From a virus: a stretch of 39,460 bases of DNA. The position numbers were made by a program, and so were the translations under genes. The notes beneath the pieces were generated by a model that did no database searches, was not told where the DNA came from, and saw nothing but the letters and a program-made list of their open reading frames with translations. Below are positions 23,250-32,626 of this stretch, piece by piece (positions within the stretch are counted from its first letter, which is position 1; the number at the start of each line of letters is the position of its first letter). The stretch is from the IMG/VR virus record IMGVR_UViG_3300045988_131409; one strand, 5' to 3'.

Positions 23250-26243
23250 ATGGCAGAAAGCAGCATCGGCGTCGTCTACATCGAAGTCGCCCCAAGCGGC
23301 AAAGACTTCGGCAAGAAACTCGAAGGCGACATCACCCAAGCCGCCGACAACGCCGCCAAGACCGGCGGCACCAGCATCCTCGGCAAATTCGGCGGCGCAT
23401 TCGGCAAAATCGGCAAAATCGGACTCGGCGCCATCGGCACCATCGCCGGAGGCATCACCGCACTCGCCGCCAAAGGCGGCTTCCAACGCGCCCTCGCCAT
23501 CGAAAACGCGCAGGCCAAACTCAAGGGCCTCGGCCACGACTCCAAAAGCATCGCCGAAATCATGAACAACGCGCTCGCCAGCGTCAAAGGCACCGCGTTC
23601 GGCCTGGGCGACGCGGCCACCGTGGCCGCGACCCTGAGCGCCGCCGGCATCAAATCCGGCGACCAGATGACCAACGTCCTCAAAACCGTCGCCGACACCG
23701 CACAGATATCAGGCCGCAGCCTCACCGACATCGGCACCATCTTCAGCAGCGTCGCCGCCCGAGGCAAACTGCAGGGCGACGACATGCTCCAACTCATGAG
23801 CTCCGGCGTACCCGTCCTCCAACTGCTCGCCAAACACCTCGGCAAAACCTCGGAAGAGGTCTCCGACATGGTATCCAAAGGCCAGATCGACTTCCAAACA
23901 TTCGCCGACTCCATGCAGGAAGGCCTCGGCGGAGCCGCATTGGCCGCCGGCGACACCTTCCAAGGCGCGCTCGCCAACGTGAAGGCCGCGCTCGGCCGAC
24001 TGGGCGAAGGCCCCGGCAAGCTCGCGCTCGAATCGTTGCGCAAGGCGTTCAACGCCGCCATCCCCGCCATCGACGCGTTGAGCGGCCAGCTCACCCCGTT
24101 CCTCGACAAGCTCAACGGCCAGCTCGACCCCTACATCGACAAAGCGATAGGCCTGATCGAACGGTTCGCGAACGGACTGCAGGACGGCAGCATCACCATC
24201 CAGGACATCGTCGGACAGGTCGGCCAACTCGCCGGCGCGTTCGCCCTGTTCGCCGGCGTCGGCGGCAACGTGGACAAGATCACCAACGTGTTCGACACGC
24301 TCGGCAAAATCGGTGACGGCGGGTTCGGCCAGCTCACCGGGAAACTCAAGCAGATGCCCGGCCAGCTCCAGTCGAGCCTGACGGGCCTGCACCAGTTCAA
24401 ATCGTATTTCAACAAGGACCTGCGCGACGCCCTCGCCGTCGACGGCGACCCGTTCGCCAACGCCCTCAACCGCATCACCCAAGGCACTGACAGGCTCACA
24501 GGCCCGTTCAAATCGTTCGGCTCGAAAATCGCCGGCACCGACATCGGCCAATCCGTCACCGCATGGGGGTCAAAACTCACCAGCGGATTCGGCAAACTCA
24601 CCAGCGCGGCCGACAGCAACCTGCTCGCGTTCGGCACGAAACTCTCCAACGGATTCGGCGGAGTGATCTCCAAAATCGGCGACTCGAAACTCGCCACCGG
24701 ATTCACGGCGCTCGCCGGCAAAGTCAAGACGGCGGCCACGCCAGCCCTATCCGGTCTGGGCGACATATTCGGCGGTCTGGGCGACATCGTGGGACCGAAG
24801 GTGCAGGCAGGCCTCGGCAAGATCGGCGGCATGTTCGGCAGCTTCTTCAGCCCGGGCAACTTCCTGAAGTTCCTCGGCATCGGCGCCATCATCGCCGCCC
24901 TGGTCGCGGGACTGGGCATGCTCGACCAGAGCATGGGCGGGCAATTGTTCGTGCAGATCAGCAACCTGTTCGCGGAACTGCCCACCATGATCACGGACGG
25001 CATGGCGAAGATTTCCGCCGTGCTGCCGGGCATGATCCAGACTGGGTCGAACATCCTGCTTGCCCTGATCAACGGCGTGACCGGGAGCCTGCCGCAGCTC
25101 GTCTCGGCCGCCGCGCAGATCGTGAGCATGCTCGTACAGGGGCTCGCCCAGGCGTTGCCGACCCTCCTGCCGGCAGCGGTGCAGATGATTACCACGCTGA
25201 TCACGGCGCTCATCGAACAGGCCCCCATGCTCATACAGTCCGGCATGCAGCTCCTGCAGGGGCTCGTGCAGGGCATCATGAACTCGCTGCCCACGCTCAT
25301 CGCCGCGATACCGCAGATTCTGCAGGCGCTGCTGGATGCGTTCACGACCGCTCTGCCCACGGTCCTCAACATCGGCGTGGACATCATCCTCAACATCGTC
25401 AACGGCCTGGTCTCAGCCATGCCGCAGCTCGTCGCGATGCTCCCCACCGTCATCCAGACGCTGATATCCACGCTCACCAGCAACCTGCCGGGCATCGTCC
25501 AGGTCGGCGTCAACGCGCTGGTCAAGCTCATCGACGGCCTGTCTCAGGCCATCCCGCAGCTCGTGGGCTACATCCCGCAGATCATCGCGTCGATCGTCAA
25601 CACGCTCGCCTCGAACCTTCCACAGATTCTGCAGGCCGGCGCGCAGATCATCATCACCCTCGCCGGGGGCCTTGCCAAGGCCATCCCGCAGCTCATCAGC
25701 CAGATCCCCGCCATCGTGCGCTCCATCTGGAACGGGTTCACAAGCGTGAACTGGGGCGAGGTCGGCCTGAACATCATCACCGGCATCGCCTCCGGCGTCG
25801 CCGGGGCCGCCGGCAAGCTCGTCGACGCGGCGGTCAACGCCGCCAAGGACGCTCTGAACTGGGTCAAGGACAAGCTCGGCATCCACTCGCCGAGCCGCGT
25901 GTTCCGCGACCAGGTCGGCGTGATGATCGGCCGCGGCATGGCCGTGGGCATCGACCGCAGCCAGGACGTCGTCAACCGGAGCCTCGGACAGCTCGCCGAT
26001 GGGCTCACGTTGGACGGCTACACGTTCGGCATGCCCACCCCCGTGATGAGCCTGCCGGCCAACGCCTGCCAGATGGTCAACGGCATGCAGTCGAACCAGC
26101 AGGGCATGCAATCCCAGTTGGACGAGCTGCTGGCCGAGGTGCAGGCGTTCCACGAGGATATGCCGTTCATTCTGCAACAGTTGGGCATCAACATCGACGG
26201 GCGGGAATTCGGAAGGGCGGTGCGACGCTATGCAACGGCTTGA
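23250..26243 (+). CDS. Tape measure protein
   Basis: 997 aa, Gly/Ala-rich, with a hydrophobic central region containing repeated (L/I)PQL(V/I) units. It follows the G/GT pair. Confidence 0.9.
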   Translation: MAESSIGVVYIEVAPSGKDFGKKLEGDITQAADNAAKTGGTSILGKFGGAFGKIGKIGLGAIGTIAGGITALAAKGGFQRALAIENAQAKLKGLGHDSKSIAEIMNNALASVKGTAFGLGDAATVAATLSAAGIKSGDQMTNVLKTVADTAQISGRSLTDIGTIFSSVAARGKLQGDDMLQLMSSGVPVLQLLAKHLGKTSEEVSDMVSKGQIDFQTFADSMQEGLGGAALAAGDTFQGALANVKAALGRLGEGPGKLALESLRKAFNAAIPAIDALSGQLTPFLDKLNGQLDPYIDKAIGLIERFANGLQDGSITIQDIVGQVGQLAGAFALFAGVGGNVDKITNVFDTLGKIGDGGFGQLTGKLKQMPGQLQSSLTGLHQFKSYFNKDLRDALAVDGDPFANALNRITQGTDRLTGPFKSFGSKIAGTDIGQSVTAWGSKLTSGFGKLTSAADSNLLAFGTKLSNGFGGVISKIGDSKLATGFTALAGKVKTAATPALSGLGDIFGGLGDIVGPKVQAGLGKIGGMFGSFFSPGNFLKFLGIGAIIAALVAGLGMLDQSMGGQLFVQISNLFAELPTMITDGMAKISAVLPGMIQTGSNILLALINGVTGSLPQLVSAAAQIVSMLVQGLAQALPTLLPAAVQMITTLITALIEQAPMLIQSGMQLLQGLVQGIMNSLPTLIAAIPQILQALLDAFTTALPTVLNIGVDIILNIVNGLVSAMPQLVAMLPTVIQTLISTLTSNLPGIVQVGVNALVKLIDGLSQAIPQLVGYIPQIIASIVNTLASNLPQILQAGAQIIITLAGGLAKAIPQLISQIPAIVRSIWNGFTSVNWGEVGLNIITGIASGVAGAAGKLVDAAVNAAKDALNWVKDKLGIHSPSRVFRDQVGVMIGRGMAVGIDRSQDVVNRSLGQLADGLTLDGYTFGMPTPVMSLPANACQMVNGMQSNQQGMQSQLDELLAEVQAFHEDMPFILQQLGINIDGREFGRAVRRYATA

Positions 26244-27075
26244 GTACGTGTGTTCCACCGGCGGCTCGATCTCGTTCGAAGGCCCTATCTACGGGGAGAC
26301 GATGCCATCGTTGAGAGGACGCGCGTGGACGTACACGCTCGGCGCGCGCACCCTTACCGGGGTGGCATGGCAGGCCCGTGAACTCACGCTCACCATCAAG
26401 GCCGTGGCCGGCGAAACCCAATTGGACCGGCTGCGCATGCTCACCGACCATGACGTGCTCGCGCACTCCAGGGACTCCACGATATCGGGCCTGCTGCGCG
26501 TGGACGACGTGTGGGAGTGCAGGGCGCTCATCACCAAAAGCGAACCGCAATCCATCACGCCACGCATCATCGAAACCCAATTGACCGTGACCCAATTGGG
26601 CATGTGGCGACGCAGCCTGCCGACCGTCACCTATGCGCCCAGCGACCCCGACGCCTACCAGTATCTCGATCACCCGTATGACATGGACTACGATTACGGG
26701 CCGACATCCGCCCCACCGGTGATAGCCGTGGACGGGTTGGACCCGATGCCGTTCCGCATGACCATATACGGGCCCTGCTCGAATCCGACCGTCACGATCG
26801 GCGGAAACCGGTACCGGATCACCGGTGACATCCCCGGCGGCGCACGCGTCGAGGTGGATGCGGTTGAAGGCGAGAAGTCGGTGACGCTCGTCAACGCGGC
26901 CGGTGACCGGATCAACTGGTTCGCGAACGCGGAACGCGGTGCCGGCCTTGATTCCGGCAGCTACGTCTTCCAACCGTTGCCCGCCGGGCGCGTCGAAGTG
27001 AGCTGGCCGGGAGGCTACACGTTCGAGCTCACGCCCGTCGAGGAGAGGAGCGAACCACCGTGGTCAGCCTCATAG
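26230..27075 (+). CDS. Distal tail protein (Dit-like)
   Basis: 281 aa, directly after the tape measure. Confidence 0.6.
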   Translation: MQRLEYVCSTGGSISFEGPIYGETMPSLRGRAWTYTLGARTLTGVAWQARELTLTIKAVAGETQLDRLRMLTDHDVLAHSRDSTISGLLRVDDVWECRALITKSEPQSITPRIIETQLTVTQLGMWRRSLPTVTYAPSDPDAYQYLDHPYDMDYDYGPTSAPPVIAVDGLDPMPFRMTIYGPCSNPTVTIGGNRYRITGDIPGGARVEVDAVEGEKSVTLVNAAGDRINWFANAERGAGLDSGSYVFQPLPAGRVEVSWPGGYTFELTPVEERSEPPWSAS

Positions 27076-28631
27076 TCACCGACGCGAAGCACAAGCCGTT
27101 GCGCGCGGTGGACGACTACACGCTCGATCTCGCCTACGGCAGCGATGAGAATTCGTTCAAACTCACCTGCCTGCCGCAGCCGGAGGCCGGCGCGCTGATC
27201 ATGATCGACGGCACCGAATACGGCGGGTTGGTGACCGTGCGCAACACGGACGGCAGCGTGGAGGGCCCCACCTGGCATGGCCTGCTCTCACGCCGCATCC
27301 TCCAACCCGATACGGGTCGGGATTACCTCACCGTATCCGGCGCTGCCGGCGATGTGCTCAACATGTTGTTCAAACGCATCGGATTGGATGCGCTGTTCAC
27401 CGCGTCCGCCCGGCACGCGGTCACCATCGGCTCCTATTCGTTCGACCGGTATACGGACGCGTACACGGGCATCCGGAAGATGCTCGCCGCCAACAATGCG
27501 AAACTCCGTCTCATCTGGGCGGACGGGCGTGTGAACGCGTATGCGCTGCCCGCCGAACACTCCGGCGGCAGCATCGACAGTGATCTGCTCGAATTCAAAG
27601 CCTCATTGGACTCGCAGCCGGTGAACCATCTCATCGGATTGGGCACCGGGGAACTCAAAGACCGTGCGGTCGTCCACTGGTACGCGGATGTCAACGGCAA
27701 CGTGAGCCAAACCCAATCATTGACCGGATTGGCGGAACGTCAGGCCGTCTACGACTATTCCAACGCGAAACCCGACGAGCTGAACACCGAGACCAGGAAG
27801 AAGCTCATCGAACTGCAATCCCAGGGCGGCGTCGAGGTCACCATAACGGACAACACGTTGAGCATGGACATTGGCGACACGGTCACCGGCCGTGACAACC
27901 GGCTCGGCATCACGCTCACCGTGCCCGTGGCCAAGAAGATCGTGAAATCATCCGGCGGCATCCTGTCCGTGGACTACGAGTGCGGCACCGCGTCAGGCGA
28001 TACGACGAGTCTCAGCGGCTCCGCGGAATCCAACGGCTCCACCGGTTCGGGCGGCTCCGGCGCGTACTACGCGGACGGGGTCACCATCACCATGCGCAAC
28101 AACACGTTCAGCGCGGTCGTCACCCCTTCGCGCGTGGACGACGTGGAGAAAACAGCCAAGGACGCCTACACGCTCGCCTCGAACTATTCGGCCGAAATCG
28201 GCAAGGCACAGCAGGATTCCATCGCCGCCATCGCCGCGGCAGCCATGAACGTGGCCTCGATAACCACGGCCACGCCATTGTCCGCGAGCAGGAACGGCCA
28301 GGCCGTGCACATCACGGCAACGGAGGCCACGGCCGAAGGATCCGGGCTCATGAGCGCCGCGGACAAGCGGAAACTCGACGGATTGGACACCTACGCGCTT
28401 CCGGCCGCCACCATTGCCACGTTGGGTGGAGTCAGACCTGACGGCAGCACCATCACCGTCAATGAGGATGGCGTCATCACCGCGCACGCCACATCGACCG
28501 GCAACGGAATCCTGTTCCCGGTCGGCTACGTGGTCATGAACACCACCGGCTCGGATCCGGCGAATGATTTCGGCGGCGTCTGGGAGGAACGGCCCTCCCT
28601 GGGCGCGCACATGTGGGAAAGGACGGGATGA
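27060..28631 (+). CDS. Tail-associated/baseplate hub protein (Tal-like)
   Basis: 523 aa after Dit. The C-terminus ends FPVGYVVMNTTGSDPANDFGGVWEERPSLGAHMWERTG. Confidence 0.6.
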   Translation: MVSLIVTDAKHKPLRAVDDYTLDLAYGSDENSFKLTCLPQPEAGALIMIDGTEYGGLVTVRNTDGSVEGPTWHGLLSRRILQPDTGRDYLTVSGAAGDVLNMLFKRIGLDALFTASARHAVTIGSYSFDRYTDAYTGIRKMLAANNAKLRLIWADGRVNAYALPAEHSGGSIDSDLLEFKASLDSQPVNHLIGLGTGELKDRAVVHWYADVNGNVSQTQSLTGLAERQAVYDYSNAKPDELNTETRKKLIELQSQGGVEVTITDNTLSMDIGDTVTGRDNRLGITLTVPVAKKIVKSSGGILSVDYECGTASGDTTSLSGSAESNGSTGSGGSGAYYADGVTITMRNNTFSAVVTPSRVDDVEKTAKDAYTLASNYSAEIGKAQQDSIAAIAAAAMNVASITTATPLSASRNGQAVHITATEATAEGSGLMSAADKRKLDGLDTYALPAATIATLGGVRPDGSTITVNEDGVITAHATSTGNGILFPVGYVVMNTTGSDPANDFGGVWEERPSLGAHMWERTG

Positions 28632-28634
28632 CAC

Positions 28635-29024
28635 ATGAAGACACTGGGCCGTACATGCCTGCTCGAGGCGAACCTCATCCTCGTGGCCGGCGTCACCAAC
28701 ACCTATCGCCTCAGATGGCTGCGCAGGGTCACCAACAAAAACGGGGTCACGGTCGTCAGACCCATGGACCTGACCGGGTGGACGCCCCACATACAGGTCC
28801 GCCGCGACGGGCTCACCGTCATCGACCTCGCCCCCTACACGCTCCTGGACACGGACGGGACCATCACCATCCGCGTCCCGGACGAGGCCACGCAAGGCCT
28901 GCCCGCGGGCGCGGGCGCGTGGGACCTGCTCCTCGAAGACCCCTCGGGCGACGTGACCCGCCTGGCCGCCGGGCCCGCGCTTGTCGAAACCACCGTGAGC
29001 GACACCGAAAGGAGTCCGCATTGA
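28635..29024 (+). CDS. Hypothetical tail protein (129 aa)
   Basis: ORF track entry, located within the tail module. Confidence 0.55.
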   Translation: MKTLGRTCLLEANLILVAGVTNTYRLRWLRRVTNKNGVTVVRPMDLTGWTPHIQVRRDGLTVIDLAPYTLLDTDGTITIRVPDEATQGLPAGAGAWDLLLEDPSGDVTRLAAGPALVETTVSDTERSPH

Positions 29025-29179
29025 TCCGCGCATTGGACGGCTGCTCGTGCGACGAGGGGCCGGTAATCATCCTCGAGGACGCGATCATCGGCGACGTGAG
29101 CATCGTCTACGCCACCGACGCGGACATCGACAACCTGTTCCCAACACCAACCACAGATAAGGAGGAACACGATGGCTAA
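29021..29179 (+). CDS. Small tail-module ORF (52 aa, TTG start)
   Basis: GAAAGGAG RBS. Contains ATDADIDNLF, a motif shared with two downstream fibre genes. Confidence 0.4.
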   Translation: MIRALDGCSCDEGPVIILEDAIIGDVSIVYATDADIDNLFPTPTTDKEEHDG

Positions 29180-29930
29180 CACCAGCAAGGTCATCGACCT
29201 GGACCGGCTCGCCCGGTTCAAAGCAAAGCAGGACGCGGCCAACGACGCCAAGTTCGCACTCAAGGGCGAAGGCGGCTCGATCGCCACGGCCGACAAGGCG
29301 GGCATCGTCAAGCCCGGCGGCGATTTCGACATCACCGAGGACGGCACCATCAGCCTGTACAAGGCGATGGGCATTAACTCGTTCACCGTTTCCCCATCGC
29401 AGGCGGAACACGGTTCGACGGTCGCGGACGTGACCGTCGCATGGAGCCTGTCCAAGACGCCGAAATCGCTCACCCTGGACGACAAGGCGCAGGACACGGC
29501 ATCCAAGGGCACGACACTCTCCGGCGTGAACCTCAAAGCGAGCAAGACGTACACGCTCAAGGCCACCGACGCGCGAAACGCCGTCGCCACCCGCACCGCC
29601 GACGTCGCTTTCCGCGACAAGCGCCACTGGTGGGTCGCCGCCAGCCTCGACGCGGCGGGAGTGACCGACCAGATCATCAACCAGGCGACCGGCGAACTCG
29701 CCACATGGTACAACAAAACGTTCACCCTGAACGCGGCGGCCGGGCAGCACATCTACTACGCGTTCCCCGCGTCGTGGGGCACGCCCCGATTCTTCGTCGG
29801 CGGCTTCGAAGGCGGCTTCGCGTTGTTGAAGACGTTCGACCACAAGAACGCGAGCGGCGCGACCATCAGCTACGCGGTCTGGAAATCCACGAACGCGGGT
29901 CTCGGCAACACCACCGTCGAAGTGAAGTAA
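29172..29930 (+). CDS. Tail fibre protein
   Basis: 252 aa. N-terminus IDLDRLARFKAKQDA is fibre-like. Located within the fibre cluster. Confidence 0.6.
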   Translation: MANTSKVIDLDRLARFKAKQDAANDAKFALKGEGGSIATADKAGIVKPGGDFDITEDGTISLYKAMGINSFTVSPSQAEHGSTVADVTVAWSLSKTPKSLTLDDKAQDTASKGTTLSGVNLKASKTYTLKATDARNAVATRTADVAFRDKRHWWVAASLDAAGVTDQIINQATGELATWYNKTFTLNAAAGQHIYYAFPASWGTPRFFVGGFEGGFALLKTFDHKNASGATISYAVWKSTNAGLGNTTVEVK

Positions 29931-29942
29931 AGGAGAACCCTG

Positions 29943-30134
29943 ATGGCAATCGAACTGATCGACACGCTCGCGCCGAAGAACAACGGCACGTTCCCCATGG
30001 TCAAAGCCAAGGATGTGGACGTCGACGGCAAACGACTCCCCGAGAAACTCAAGGAGCTCGAAACGGCTGCCGGAAACATCGAGACCGCCACCGACGACGA
30101 CATCAACAACCTGTTCAACCCCAGCAGCAAGTAA
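29943..30134 (+). CDS. Small fibre-associated protein (63 aa)
   Basis: AAGGAG RBS. C-terminal ATDDDINNLF. Confidence 0.5.
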   Translation: MAIELIDTLAPKNNGTFPMVKAKDVDVDGKRLPEKLKELETAAGNIETATDDDINNLFNPSSK

Positions 30135-30149
30135 CGAAAGGAAACCATC

Positions 30150-30947
30150 ATGGCCACGAAATTCATCAACCTGAACAACCTCGCCACATTCCTCGCCAAA
30201 CTCAAGACCCTGTTCGTCGCCAAGGAACTCAAGACCGGCAGCCCCAACACCTACAAGGTGCTCTCCGACAACAACCTCACCGACGAACTCGTCGCCAAGA
30301 TCAAGAACGCCGGCGCCTCCACGTTCTCCGGCGCGTACACGGACCTGACCGGCAAGCCTTCCATCGGCGGCAAGGAGATCGCCAGCGGTAACCAGACCGC
30401 GGCCAGCCTCGGCCTCGCCACCCCCGCGGACGTGACCACCGCCGCCAACAACGCGCGCGCCGGCGCCGTCAACGACATCAAGAATCTCGGCTATCAGACC
30501 GCAGCCAACGTCGAGACCGCCATCAGCGCGAAAGGCTACCAGAACGCCGCCCAGGTCAACACCATCGTCACCGGCAAGGGCTACCAGACCGCCGCGAACG
30601 TGGACGCCAAGGTCAACGCCGCGAAGACCGAACTGCAGAACTCGCTCGGCTCCGCATTCCGCGCCCAAGGATCCACGGCATTCGCCAGCCTGCCCGCCCC
30701 CGCATCCGCCGCCAAGGGCGATGTGTGGAACATCACAGACCAGTTCACCACCGACGGCCGGTTCGTCGACGGTTCAGGCAAGACCCTGCCCGCCGGCACC
30801 AACGTCGTCGCCGTGGCCGTCACCACCGGCGACACCACCGTCATGAAATGGGACGCGCTCACAGGCATGATCGATTTGAGCGGCTACATGCGCAAAACCG
30901 ACATCACCCCGGCCAGCGACGCCGAAATCGACGCCCTGTTCGCCTAA
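30150..30947 (+). CDS. Tail fibre protein with GYQ(T/N)AA(N/Q)V repeats
   Basis: N-terminus INLNNLATFLAKLK, three GYQ-AA-V repeats and C-terminal SDAEIDALFA. Confidence 0.6.
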   Translation: MATKFINLNNLATFLAKLKTLFVAKELKTGSPNTYKVLSDNNLTDELVAKIKNAGASTFSGAYTDLTGKPSIGGKEIASGNQTAASLGLATPADVTTAANNARAGAVNDIKNLGYQTAANVETAISAKGYQNAAQVNTIVTGKGYQTAANVDAKVNAAKTELQNSLGSAFRAQGSTAFASLPAPASAAKGDVWNITDQFTTDGRFVDGSGKTLPAGTNVVAVAVTTGDTTVMKWDALTGMIDLSGYMRKTDITPASDAEIDALFA

Positions 30948-30959
30948 GGGACCCCGGCC

Positions 30960-31172
30960 ATGGCGGAAACATACGTCACCCTCCACGGCCTCGCACGGGC
31001 GGTCACGAACCTGCTGCAACGCACCAACACGCGCACTATGTTCACGGCCGCCCACCCCATCGGCGAGATCATCGAAACCACCCCCAACCTCGACCCCAAC
31101 ACAATCGGCGGCACATGGACACGCCTCCCCGACACCATCGGACGAGGCCGCCTCTGGAAACGCACCGCATAA
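30960..31172 (+). CDS. Small fibre-module protein (70 aa)
   Basis: HPIGEIIETTPNLDPNTIGGTWTRLP...RLWKRTA mirrors the C-terminus of 27060..28631. Confidence 0.45.
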   Translation: MAETYVTLHGLARAVTNLLQRTNTRTMFTAAHPIGEIIETTPNLDPNTIGGTWTRLPDTIGRGRLWKRTA

Positions 31173-31187
31173 ACGTCAGGAGAACAC

Positions 31188-31991
31188 ATGACAGTCGAAC
31201 TCATCACCGGCTTCGCCGGCACCCCACACATCGGCAGCGACGACATCGGCGCATTCCAGGCCGGCATCGTCGGACCTGGCGACTACGCGCTCGCCACCGG
31301 TAATCAGCTCAGGGCCACCATGAGCAACGCGAACACCATCGCCGTCCAATCCGGTGATGCCGTATTGAACGGCCGCCATGTGCACCTGACCGGCACCACC
31401 ACCGCCACCGTGCAATCCGGCACCCAAGGCCAGAAACGCAACGATCTCGTGGTGCTTCGCTACACGAAGAACACCACCACCGGCGTGGAAACCTGCTCAA
31501 TCGTGGTCCTCAAGGGCACCCCCACCACCGGTACCCCGGCGGATCCGGCCCACAACACCGGCAGCATCCTCGACGGCGTCGCCACCCACGACATGCCCCT
31601 CTACCGCATCCCGATCAACGGCATCACCGTCGGTACCCTCGTGCCATTGTTCAACGTTCTGAAGCCGATGACCGACGTGTGGGATTCCCTATCCCCGAGC
31701 ACTTATATTGCATGCGGACGAACGAACGAGGGGGTCAGTGCCCTTGGGGCAGTCTCCTTCAAATTCCCGACCGGCCGCCCCTCTTGGGCGGCGGGTCGCA
31801 AGCCTGATTCCTTCGTGTTCAGCGATGATGAGCAGGCGAACAACAACGAGATTGTCCAGAAGCGATATATGTCGCGTCTTTGGAGCCTAGACGCGAATGG
31901 AGGCCAGTTCAGAATCCTTCGATCCGACACATGGTCATGGATTAACGCTGGGAACTACCCTGTTAGCTGGATCGCTACATGGAACAAATAG
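31188..31991 (+). CDS. Distal tail fibre / receptor-binding protein, currently expressed shufflon variant (v0)
   Basis: AGGAG RBS, 267 aa, last structural gene. It contains the + oriented recombination site at codons 166-170. Confidence 0.75.
   Translation: MTVELITGFAGTPHIGSDDIGAFQAGIVGPGDYALATGNQLRATMSNANTIAVQSGDAVLNGRHVHLTGTTTATVQSGTQGQKRNDLVVLRYTKNTTTGVETCSIVVLKGTPTTGTPADPAHNTGSILDGVATHDMPLYRIPINGITVGTLVPLFNVLKPMTDVWDSLSPSTYIACGRTNEGVSALGAVSFKFPTGRPSWAAGRKPDSFVFSDDEQANNNEIVQKRYMSRLWSLDANGGQFRILRSDTWSWINAGNYPVSWIATWNK
31683..31696 (+). repeat. Shufflon site 0 (GATTCCCTATCCCC) inside the expressed gene
   Basis: The core TTCCCTA-NCC is shared with the minus-strand sites. The frame is GAT TCC CTA = D166 S L. 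Confidence 0.75.
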
Positions 31992-32014
31992 CCTTCCCTG
32001 GATAGGGAAAGCTA
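31989..32014. repeat. Tail-to-tail site-like palindrome TAGCCTTCCCT-GGAT-AGGGAAAGCTA
   Basis: Stop plus site-like sequence of v0 faces stop plus site of cassette v1. Arms are 11 bp with 1 mismatch. Confidence 0.7.
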
Positions 32015-32296
32015 GTTCCATATCGCAACCCATGAGAATCTTGCAGGCCATCTTGTGCCGAACTCTCCAGTACTGGTGTTCATCAATCGCATTTGTGCTG
32101 CGTTCACACCATTCTCCCAAATGGTTATGGCCAAGCCTCGCATGTCGTCCGAGGGCCACGGCCCGGGGGTGGCGACAATTACGTCAGGCGCCTTGCCGTT
32201 GGGAGATTGGTAGGAGATGACGCAAATGCCGTTCTCGTTGGAACTCCCAATGAACACGCCTGATTGGACGGACGTGGGCAGTGGGGTTAGGGAAAA
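32012..32296 (-). other. Silent C-terminal cassette v1 (94 aa, no own start/RBS at its 5' boundary)
   Basis: Minus frame runs from site B: F-S-L-TPLPTSVQSGVFIGSSNENG ... SWVAIWN-stop. The ending parallels the v0 ending SWIATWNK. Confidence 0.7.
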
Positions 32297-32299
32297 CTA
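32283..32299 (-). repeat. Shufflon site B (minus strand TAGTTTTCCCTAACCCC)
   Basis: The TAG is the stop of cassette v2. TCC CTA is in frame with cassette v1. Confidence 0.75.
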
Positions 32300-32623
32300 C
32301 GCGGGCACCGGGTCGGCGGTGCGCCAGACGCCGGCGCATCCCGCGTACGCGCTGTTCGGGTTACCGAGCATCGTGACGGTGCCATTGGCCTCGCCGTAAC
32401 AGATGAATGTCGTGTTACCACCGAAAACGGCCACGGGCGTATTGACGGAAACAGGTCGATACCCTTCGGGAATCTTCTCCTGAGCCTTCGTGTAATTGTT
32501 TTCCCCTGACTGGTCGAATTTCACGTTGCCGCCCATAAAACAAATATTGCCGATGCGCGTAAGCAAAACGCTGTCTCTGCTATACGGCACACGCCACCCC
32601 GTCGAACGCTGGGCTAGGGAAAG
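32297..32623 (-). other. Silent C-terminal cassette v2 (108 aa)
   Basis: Minus frame runs from site C: L-S-L-AQRSTGWRVPYSRDSVLLTRIG ... EKIPEGYRPVS ... GVWRTADPVPA-stop. Confidence 0.7.
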
Positions 32624-32626
32624 CTA
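32611..32626 (-). repeat. Shufflon site C (minus strand TAGCTTTCCCTAGCCC)
   Basis: The TAG is the stop of cassette v3. TCC CTA is in frame with cassette v2. Confidence 0.75.
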
